DNA from: Bacteroidales bacterium
GTDB taxonomy: Bacteria; Bacteroidota; Bacteroidia; Bacteroidales; JAQUTK01
Length of the DNA stretch: 64,000 nt
Assembly: GCA_028709785.1 (NCBI GenBank)
Contig: JAQUTK010000009.1
Location: forward strand, 32,200-96,199
Reading direction: 5' to 3'
Part shown: in pieces, positions 26,778 through 33,948 of the stretch
How the letters are laid out: each line of letters begins with the position of its first letter
Numbering within the stretch: position 1 is the stretch's first letter
Notes under the pieces: model-generated
Databases searched by the model: none
Seen by the model: only the letters and a program-made list of their open reading frames with translations
What the model was told of the DNA's origin: nothing
Program-made: the position numbers and the translations under genes

Positions 26778-28217
26778 TTAAATTTTATAATACTGTTCCC
26801 ATCCTGAGCGCGGTGGAATACCTGTCAGCATGGCATTTGCGAATGCGTTGTTTGTAATAGTCTTTGTTTCAGGATCAAATTCGATACGGGTGTTCAGACG
26901 TTGAGCCATCACACCTAACGAGAATACCTGGCTCAAAGGTCCGAAGGTCTCAAACGGTGAACGGGTCTTCTCTGCTCCGGTACATGCCAACAGGAAGTTT
27001 GAGTAGTGGTTGGATCCCATCTTGGGAACTTCAGGCAGTTTGGATGCCATCTCTTTTGCTTTTTCCGCAGGTATGATAGAAAGCGTACTGCCATGTGTAC
27101 CTCCTTTAAAAGTCAGATCCTTGCTGTAAATAATCTTTCCGGGATTCAGAGAAGAAGCCTGAAGACTGTTGCCTCCGGCTGCCGGAATATTCGGATCCAG
27201 TTCGGAAACACCATAACCTTTCGGGAGAGGAGGAAGATTGTTGACACCGTCATACCAGGTGACATCGCAGGCAGGCATACCTTTACGTTTCGGGAAATGG
27301 AACAGAATGGTGGAAGCCATCGGGAAGAAATAATCGGTGTGCCCATCAATACGAAGCGGATCGATGACAGTGGGAAGGTCTAGTTTGAGAAACTCGTGAG
27401 CCGTGTCCAGAATATGCGCACCCCAGTCTCCCAAAGCTCCCATACCAAAGTCATACCAGCAACGCCAGTTGCCCTGATGATATTGCTCATTAAATTCGTG
27501 GTAGGGGGCAGTGCCGTGCCACAGATCCCAGTCTAATGTGCTTGGGATTGGTTGCTTGTCGAGTGGTCTGTTCATCTTGGGATCGAAGGAGTGCCAGCGG
27601 CGTGACGAGTTCATGTGAGCAGTAATAGCAGTCACATCTTTGATGATGCCGGCCTCTTTCCATGCCTTGAATTGGTAATAGTTTGCTTCAGAATGTCCCT
27701 GATTGCCGACTTGAGTAACAAGATTTTTATATTTGCGAGCAGCCTTCATCATCAGTTCGGCTTCCAGGAAAGTACGTGCCATTGGTTTCTCCACAAACAC
27801 GTGTTTGCCATAAGCCATAGACAACATGACAGCCGGGAAGTGAGAGAAATCAGGAAGGACGACCGATACGGCCTCGATCTCATTTCCCATTTTGTCAAAC
27901 ATCTCACGGTAATCTTTAAACTGACGTGCTTTGGGGTATTTTCCCATTACTTTCAGTGTCTGAGGACCACCCATGTCGACATCACAAAGAGCTACGATAT
28001 TGGCTAGCCCGGTTCTTTCCCACTCTCCGATGACTTGTTCGCCTCTGTTACCGATACCAATACAGGCTAAGTTAACCTTATTACCGGCTCCATTCACTCT
28101 TTTTATACTCTCAGCACTCTGACTGTTAGCCGCTTGTGCTTTCATGCTTAATTCGCCGGCGGCGATACCTGCAGTAGTGATTGCTGCGGTTCTTAGAAAG
28201 TCTCTTCTTGTAAACAT
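26778..28217 (-). CDS. Gfo/Idh/MocA-family oxidoreductase with twin-arginine (TAT) signal
   Basis: The ATG at 28217 gives MFTRRDFLRTAAITTAGIAAG (TAT motif). The Rossmann motif NLACIGIGNRG and a Gfo/Idh/MocA C-terminal region are present. It lies 18 nt upstream of the DUF1080 gene. Confidence 0.85.
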   Translation of the reverse strand: MFTRRDFLRTAAITTAGIAAGELSMKAQAANSQSAESIKRVNGAGNKVNLACIGIGNRGEQVIGEWERTGLANIVALCDVDMGGPQTLKVMGKYPKARQFKDYREMFDKMGNEIEAVSVVLPDFSHFPAVMLSMAYGKHVFVEKPMARTFLEAELMMKAARKYKNLVTQVGNQGHSEANYYQFKAWKEAGIIKDVTAITAHMNSSRRWHSFDPKMNRPLDKQPIPSTLDWDLWHGTAPYHEFNEQYHQGNWRCWYDFGMGALGDWGAHILDTAHEFLKLDLPTVIDPLRIDGHTDYFFPMASTILFHFPKRKGMPACDVTWYDGVNNLPPLPKGYGVSELDPNIPAAGGNSLQASSLNPGKIIYSKDLTFKGGTHGSTLSIIPAEKAKEMASKLPEVPKMGSNHYSNFLLACTGAEKTRSPFETFGPLSQVFSLGVMAQRLNTRIEFDPETKTITNNAFANAMLTGIPPRSGWEQYYKI

Positions 28218-28244
28218 ATTCTCTTGGTTTGGATTTAATGTCGG

Positions 28245-28252
28245 CAAAGATA
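28245..28252 (-). promoter_or_regulatory. Candidate -7 promoter box (TATCTTTG on minus strand)
   Basis: The plus strand reads CAAAGATA. It lies 28 nt upstream of the ATG at 28217. Confidence 0.35.
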
Positions 28253-28253
28253 A

Positions 28254-28276
28254 CAACGTTTTTTAAAAAAACGTTG
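28254..28276. promoter_or_regulatory. Perfect 23-nt palindrome CAACGTTTTTT-A-AAAAAACGTTG (terminator or operator candidate)
   Basis: Read directly from the sequence. It sits between the stop of 28298..29449 and the -7 box of the downstream oxidoreductase gene. Confidence 0.35.
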
Positions 28277-28297
28277 CATTTATAGTTCTATTTCAGT

Positions 28298-29449
28298 TCA
28301 GAGAAAAGAGGCAGCCCGGTTGAATACGTTTAAAAACGAACCGGAGAGCTCTTCAGGGTCTGTTTTCGACGGAAATGGAATCTGGTGTGTATAAGGAAAT
28401 GGAAAATCAATCTCCTGAAGAATATCGGCGGACGATTTGCCGAGTGCTCTTATGATTCCCATTGTCGGTATCACAAGATCTTTCTTCAGGGAAACAGCTT
28501 GTATCTGTTTCTTTATCTTCAGGAAAAAGTTTTCTCTGAAATCTCGGTTTAACTCCGGACGAATCATAGACTGAAAAGCTTTCTCAAAGTCGTCGTTCTT
28601 GAATATTTCCGGAAGGATCCGGTGTGAAGAACTGTTTTGCGAAAACTCATTGATATAATAATCCAGCATTTGTTCATTGGCTTTCGCATCCAAAATATCC
28701 CGGGCGTTCCCGTTCATATCACAGAAAATCGAACCACCGCAAAACATAAACAACTTCGTATCATCGGTCAGATGATCCGGATTGGCAAGCATGAAGACCT
28801 GAGAAAGCATCGCGCCGATCGAATAGGCAAAGATGTTGACGGAAGCGCCTTCGGCAAACAGAGGATGCATTCCGGATTTTATCTCTCTGACCAGTTGCCA
28901 CAAGTTAAAAACCGACTCTCTGCCTGAAGCGTAGAAACGAAGCGGATTTTCAGAGATACGGCTACTCAGTGCCACGTTGAAGAAAGTAGAGTTGACGGCT
29001 TCTTTCGTCTTTTCTTTTCGCTGATTCACCCACGGAAGTATGGCCCGTGGATTAAACCACGAGTCCGGCGTCCGGTTCATGTGGAAGGCAATAGGAAAAA
29101 GGACGACAGGCTTTCCGGTTTGTTCCGTGAGATATTCAGCCCACACCAGGTATTTCTCCCAAGTGCGCTCATTCAGCCCATGCATGAGAAGGATTACCTC
29201 GTTGCTTTTTGATTTCCACCGCGGCGTAAAGACAAGATAGTTGAAATGCTTGTTTTCCTGAATACTGTCATCCGTCTGAGTGCAAAATCCGGTCGGTGAG
29301 AACAGCTTTTGATAATCTGCTATTTCGTTTTCTCTCAGGATCTCATGAAACCGGCAGGGAATGATAGCCAGTTTCTTATCTTCCACAAGGATCTTCTTCT
29401 CGTACGAGAAGAGTCCTTTTAATAGGGTTGTCCGATGTAAAATATCCAT
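28298..29449 (-). CDS. Hypothetical alpha/beta-hydrolase-fold-like protein
   Basis: 383 aa. An HG-type motif LLMHGLNE and a nucleophile-elbow-like NIFAYSIGAM are present. I recognise no closer family. Confidence 0.55.
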   Translation of the reverse strand: MDILHRTTLLKGLFSYEKKILVEDKKLAIIPCRFHEILRENEIADYQKLFSPTGFCTQTDDSIQENKHFNYLVFTPRWKSKSNEVILLMHGLNERTWEKYLVWAEYLTEQTGKPVVLFPIAFHMNRTPDSWFNPRAILPWVNQRKEKTKEAVNSTFFNVALSSRISENPLRFYASGRESVFNLWQLVREIKSGMHPLFAEGASVNIFAYSIGAMLSQVFMLANPDHLTDDTKLFMFCGGSIFCDMNGNARDILDAKANEQMLDYYINEFSQNSSSHRILPEIFKNDDFEKAFQSMIRPELNRDFRENFFLKIKKQIQAVSLKKDLVIPTMGIIRALGKSSADILQEIDFPFPYTHQIPFPSKTDPEELSGSFLNVFNRAASFL

Positions 29450-29549
29450 CTCTACAACATTTAGTTGTACGAAAGTAGTTGCTTTTTACTACAAAAGAGC
29501 AGATTACCCCCCAGAAATGAATATTAATAAGTTAAATATCATGAATAAA

Positions 29550-30401
29550 CTATTCCTGATCTTCTTCACAAGAGTCAACAGGTGTGGGAAAAAGAGTTTG
29601 CAGTACCGTCTTATTTATTATTTTCCGTTCTTCATCTGTAAACCATCCCCATTTTGAGAAATAGAGGACGGTCGAATAAACCTGAATAAGAAAAAGCCGT
29701 GGATTGCGGTGTGATTCTCTGTTAAAAGTATGAGTGACAGAAACGAAGGGATAAAAGAGCGTGCGATAGACACTGTGGATGCGTCGGGTGAGATCTGTAT
29801 CTTCGCTGTACATAAAGAAACGTTCATCAAAGATTCCGGTAACCTGTAGCGCACTGGTTCGGAACAGCATAAAACTACCATTCAGATAGGGAATATCAGC
29901 AATCTGGTCATATCCGAACTCTTTTAACTCAAACCGTCGGTTGATCCGCTCCTTACACCGTTCAAAAGGAACGAATCCACGTACAAACCAATCCCAAGGT
30001 GTAGGAAGCAGTTTGCAATGGTACTGCAACGATCCGTCCGGATAGATGATCTTCGGGGTAATAAGACCTGCTTCATGTGTTTCGTCCATGTAGCGAACCA
30101 GTTCGTCGAGGATGGAACTATCAAAAGAGACATCCGGATTGACAATGAGGTGATACGGGATATTTTCTTCCAGCGAACGGCGCAGCGCAATATTATGTGA
30201 CGCTCCAAATCCCGGATTAGACGGATTGTGAAGATATTCAACACCGGGAAAATGAGTAAGGAAAGGTTGCAGTTCATTCGTCGGAGAGTTGTCAATAATT
30301 TGTAGTCGTTTCACTAAAGGTGAATTTGTGACGCTTTCCATGACGGGGAGTAGTTCCTCCTTAGTCTGCATATAGGTGACAAGCGATACGGATAATCTCA
30401 T
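29550..30401 (-). CDS. Glycosyltransferase family 2
   Basis: MRLSVSLVTY..., ...IIDNSP..., ...NPGFGASHN..., ...GSFMLFR... and ...YSEDTDL... are typical of GT2 (rhamnosyltransferase-like). Confidence 0.8.
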   Translation of the reverse strand: MRLSVSLVTYMQTKEELLPVMESVTNSPLVKRLQIIDNSPTNELQPFLTHFPGVEYLHNPSNPGFGASHNIALRRSLEENIPYHLIVNPDVSFDSSILDELVRYMDETHEAGLITPKIIYPDGSLQYHCKLLPTPWDWFVRGFVPFERCKERINRRFELKEFGYDQIADIPYLNGSFMLFRTSALQVTGIFDERFFMYSEDTDLTRRIHSVYRTLFYPFVSVTHTFNRESHRNPRLFLIQVYSTVLYFSKWGWFTDEERKIINKTVLQTLFPTPVDSCEEDQE

Positions 30402-30865
30402 GTTGGGCTTTTTTCGATTGAAAATTCAAGAAACAGGATCGACAGACAAAAGAAGACTTCTTATTGTGTGACACGGTATAAAGGAAACAATTGTCGCGAT
30501 ATCTACAGAGAAACGCTTTGAGGAATACTTTTATTGTCCGAAGTCCGCGAAATAGGTTTTTGTTCGGGAAAGATCCCGTTTATTCATCCATCTGCCTCTG
30601 CTGTATTGTGCCTCTCTGTTGTTTTTTTGAATTTCGATTTTAAGATCAGTAAAAAAGTACTATTTATCTACACCCCTGCACCTTAGAGGTGCCTTGTAAT
30701 ATGCTGTATGGCACTTCGATCTCCTCAAAAAAAACTTGCTCGGCACAAATTGAATACATTTTTATTTGCTAAAAGGCCCTTTTGTAACCATTCTTCATCA
30801 CAAAGCAGCTAATTATGTCAGAATCGCAAGCCTCGCACTCCTCTCTTTTACCGTCAACGGCTCCC

Positions 30866-31145
30866 CCCATACCGTCATTGCGGGTCGGTGCCCGCAATGA
30901 AGGCAACCCCTAACACCGCACCCAGATGAAAAAGTTTGTTGATCAGGGAAGCAAAGTAATCCAAACCAGAAGATAAAAGCCATCCTCAAGGATGCATTAG
31001 TTATTCTGTGCCACAGAACAGCTATTCCGTGGCGCAGAATAGCTGTTCCCTGCCATAGAATAACTATTCCGTGCTTCAATACAAATAATGTGTCAAGAAA
31101 TGATTATCTTTACATCCTGACAAAGAAAACTTTAATACCTACAAG
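30866..31145 (+). repeat. Conserved noncoding element, copy 1 (GTCATTG hairpin module, conserved block, 21-bp tandem array, leader) upstream of the HU-like gene
   Basis: Block-wise alignable by eye to 61927..62400. Shared blocks are CCATACCGTCATTG, the identical hairpin ATTGCGGGTCGGTGCCCGCAAT, ATCAGGGAA, CCAGMAGATAAA, GATGCATTAGTTATTCTG, ATTCCGTGCTTCAATA, AATAATGTGTCA and CCTGACA. Confidence 0.6.
31003..31080 (+). repeat. Tandem 21-bp repeat array (3 full units plus a partial), each unit containing a hyphenated dyad
   Basis: The units are ATTCTGTGCCACAGAACAGCT, ATTCCGTGGCGCAGAATAGCT and GTTCCCTGCCATAGAATAACT, then the partial ATTCCGTGCTTCAAT. Unit 1 has a perfect dyad TTCTGTG-C-CACAGAA. Confidence 0.7.
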
Positions 31146-31787
31146 ATGGCAAAATATATCAAGCAAGAATTGTCTGACTTTCAAGGCACAGGTGAAAATA
31201 AGTGCTTTTATCGGCTACAGACAAGTGGTACACTTAGTCCCAAAGAGTTAATAACCCGTATTGCTCAACCCGGTTCGGGATTGAGTGAGGGTACAGTGGC
31301 GCATGTGCTTCAATCATTGAAAGATGAAATGGCAAGAGCAATGGCAGACGGCTATAGCGTTTCTGTAGATGGTCTCGGTACATTCAAGGCGACAGTTGGT
31401 GTTCGCGAAGACAAGGAGATGGACACCATCGACGGTAACGAACCAAAGCATAATGCCACCAGTCTGCAAGTAACCGGTATCAATTATAAAGCAAACAAAG
31501 AATTGATACGTGATACAGATTCGCATTGCCATCTGGTACGTGGTGGAGTGCGCAAACTTTGCCGTTCTCGTTATACCAAAGAGGAACGGTTACAGTTGGC
31601 GCTCGATTATCTTAATGATCCTGCTCATCCGTTTATGCGATTAGATGATTATGTTGTATTGACCGGTTTGTCTAAAACGGTGGCTTCCAAAGAACTTGTT
31701 GAGTTCAGAGAGAATACAGAGACTGGTATTACTACTACAGGACGAGGTAGTAATAAGGTATATCTCAAAAGAATTACCAATAAATGA
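31146..31787 (+). CDS. Bacteroidales-type HU-family (HU-like) DNA-binding protein
   Basis: 213 aa. MAKYIKQEL...LSPKELITRIAQPGSGLSEGTVAHVLQSLKDEMARAMADGYSVSVDGLGTFKATVG is the HU-fold N-domain typical of Bacteroidales HU-like proteins. Confidence 0.8.
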   Translation: MAKYIKQELSDFQGTGENKCFYRLQTSGTLSPKELITRIAQPGSGLSEGTVAHVLQSLKDEMARAMADGYSVSVDGLGTFKATVGVREDKEMDTIDGNEPKHNATSLQVTGINYKANKELIRDTDSHCHLVRGGVRKLCRSRYTKEERLQLALDYLNDPAHPFMRLDDYVVLTGLSKTVASKELVEFRENTETGITTTGRGSNKVYLKRITNK

Positions 31788-31910
31788 GCGATAAGCCTAT
31801 TCTGTGGAAACGATGAGTAGATGAAAGGATTAATCTGTCATATTACTGTCTACGAAGACAGGTGCATGCTTGTTTAGATGATGCCGGATGTGATTTTTCA
31901 ATTTGTTTAT

Positions 31911-31918
31911 TACCTTTG
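31911..31918 (+). promoter_or_regulatory. Candidate -7 promoter box (TACCTTTG)
   Basis: Exact TAnnTTTG match, 48 nt upstream of the ATG at 31966. Confidence 0.35.
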
Positions 31919-31965
31919 TCTTTTGATTGAAATAAACGATTGATACGGATAAATAACATGGTAAG

Positions 31966-32811
31966 ATGAGACTGACTGACAAGATACACCTGTTAAAAAT
32001 AGACTTTGAGATAACGCTGAGTCCGGAGAAAAAATTAGAACGATTTGTAAATGTTATCCTGATTCTTGGAGACAGGATTACACTGGTCGATACCGGAGTG
32101 AAAGGGAGTGAAGGGTTGATCTTTGATTATCTTAAAAGGCAACACAGAGATTATTCAGAAATTGATACGATCATCTTGTCTCATTCTCATCCCGATCATA
32201 TCGGAAATGCCGCGAGAATGAAAGAACTGACCGGCTGTAAGATTTTAGCTCATACATCGGAGAAAGAATGGATAGAAGATATTGATCTGCAAAACAGGCA
32301 ACGGCCTGTTCCCGGGTTTTATAATCTTGTAGACAGATCGGTATGTATTGATGAATTTGTGTCTGACAGGCAGACAATGGTGATTCAAGAGGGCTTGACC
32401 TTACAACTGATGAAAGCTTCCGGGCATTCAAAGGGCTCTTTAAACATTTTGTTTGAGGAAGATAAAATCCTTTTTACGGCAGATTCGATTCCTCTCAAAC
32501 AGGATATCCCCAACTATGATAGCTATCCGGAGTTGATGAATACGCTGGAAACAATCAAGAAGCAATCCTCTGATCTGCAGATGCTGCTTACATCGTGGAC
32601 TCCTCCGTTGACGGACAAAGGTGAGATTGAAAAAATAATCAGCGAGGGTGAAGAGTATATGAGACAAATCGATGGTGTGGTAAGGGAGTCTTATACGGAT
32701 AAAAATTCGGACTCTATGTCGTTTTGCCGGATGGCTGTCGATAAGCTCGGACTACCTCCGTTTCTTGTTATTCCGATAGTTGACAAAGCATTTAAAAGTC
32801 ATTTGTTATGA
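31966..32811 (+). CDS. MBL-fold metallo-hydrolase
   Basis: The metal-binding motif ILSHSHPDHIGN is present, followed by ...ASGHSKGS... and ...TADS.... Confidence 0.85.
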   Translation: MRLTDKIHLLKIDFEITLSPEKKLERFVNVILILGDRITLVDTGVKGSEGLIFDYLKRQHRDYSEIDTIILSHSHPDHIGNAARMKELTGCKILAHTSEKEWIEDIDLQNRQRPVPGFYNLVDRSVCIDEFVSDRQTMVIQEGLTLQLMKASGHSKGSLNILFEEDKILFTADSIPLKQDIPNYDSYPELMNTLETIKKQSSDLQMLLTSWTPPLTDKGEIEKIISEGEEYMRQIDGVVRESYTDKNSDSMSFCRMAVDKLGLPPFLVIPIVDKAFKSHLL

Positions 32812-33872
32812 ACCATACTATCGAACATATCCTGGTGATTCGATTTCGTCAGATCGGTGATGCAGTGTTGGCTGTCGCTCTTTGCAGCACACTGAAAAAA
32901 ACATTTCCCGCTGCAAAAATAGATCTCGTGCTCAATAAATCGATTGCTCCGTTGCTGAAAGGGCATCCGGATATTGACCGGATTATCACGTTTGATCCGA
33001 AGGAGAACAGCGATCTGTGTACGTATGTCGGCAAAGTGCGGCGGGTGATGAGTCAGACACGCTATGATGTGATTATTGATATGCGTTCGACACTCCGGAC
33101 GCTTCTGTTTTCTTTGTTTTCGCTTCACACACCGTTTCGCATCGGAAGGCGGAAATGGTACAACCGCTTGCTGCAAAACTATCGCATCGACTATTATAAT
33201 CCGGATCTTGTCATGGATATGGTGGAGCGTAACCGGATGCTCGTCGAACCGCTACAGGTTGTGGCTCCGATTGAGACAGTGCATGAGTTCAGACTCTTTG
33301 TCACGGAAGAGGAGCGGTCAGCGGTACGTGCGTTAATGGCAGGTGAGGGAATCAACTTTCGAAAACCGATTGTTCTGGTCTCTGTAACGGCCAAACTGGA
33401 TCATAAAAGGTGGTCGGTGGAAAGGATGACTGAGGTGATCAGACGGATGATTGATATGTATGCTCCTCAGGTGATCTTTAACTATGCGCCGGGAAAAGAG
33501 GAGGAAGAGGCTTTTCAGGTGTATCGCGCTCTGAAGGAGGATCCGCATGTGTTTATTGATCTGCGTACCCGCTCTCTCCGCGAACTGGCGGCTTTGTGTT
33601 CAATGACGACTTTCTTCTTTGGCAATGAGGGCGGCCCACGGCATATCGCTCATTCGATGGGGGTTCCTTCGTATGTGATTTTCTCACCGAAGATAAACAA
33701 ACAACAATGGTTGCCGGTCAATGAGGTGCCTGCAGCCGGTATTTGCACGAAGGATCTTTGTAGTCCGGAAGAGATCAGATCGCTCTCTTATCAGGAACAG
33801 TATGACCGCATCACTGTGGAAGAAGTCTGGAAAGAACTTGATCCGATGTTAAACCGTTACCTGAAGGTATAA
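32808..33872 (+). CDS. Glycosyltransferase family 9 (LPS heptosyltransferase-like)
   Basis: ILVIRFRQIGDAVLAVALCSTLKKTFPAAKIDLV and the C-terminal ...FFGNEGGPRHIAHSMGVPS... are GT9 hallmarks. It has a 4-nt ATGA overlap with the upstream MBL gene. Confidence 0.85.
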   Translation: MNHTIEHILVIRFRQIGDAVLAVALCSTLKKTFPAAKIDLVLNKSIAPLLKGHPDIDRIITFDPKENSDLCTYVGKVRRVMSQTRYDVIIDMRSTLRTLLFSLFSLHTPFRIGRRKWYNRLLQNYRIDYYNPDLVMDMVERNRMLVEPLQVVAPIETVHEFRLFVTEEERSAVRALMAGEGINFRKPIVLVSVTAKLDHKRWSVERMTEVIRRMIDMYAPQVIFNYAPGKEEEEAFQVYRALKEDPHVFIDLRTRSLRELAALCSMTTFFFGNEGGPRHIAHSMGVPSYVIFSPKINKQQWLPVNEVPAAGICTKDLCSPEEIRSLSYQEQYDRITVEEVWKELDPMLNRYLKV

Positions 33873-33881
33873 GAAAAAAAG

Positions 33882-33928
33882 TCGCCTCATTCCCCAGCAG
33901 TACTGCGAACTGCTGGAGAAGGAGGCGA
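33882..33928. terminator. Bidirectional terminator: long interrupted hairpin between convergent genes
   Basis: The outer arms are TCGCCTC and GAGGCGA. The inner arms are CCAGCAG and CTGCTGG. AAAAAAA lies upstream and CTTTTTG lies downstream. Confidence 0.6.
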
Positions 33929-33948
33929 TGCTTTTTGAATAATACGGC

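Noticed and set aside
30813-31079. 88-aa minus-strand ORF across repeat copy 1 (and the 68-aa ORF 62312..62518 across copy 2)
   Set aside because: Their 'proteins' are translations of the hairpins and 21-bp tandem repeats (for example GIVILWQGTAILRHGIAVLWH). The two copies do not conserve a reading frame, so the conservation is at the DNA or RNA level.
31003-31080. Tandem 21-bp arrays considered as mini-CRISPR arrays
   Set aside because: The units are directly contiguous with no spacers. There are only about 3.7 copies, the unit length is 21 bp, and no cas genes occur in the window.
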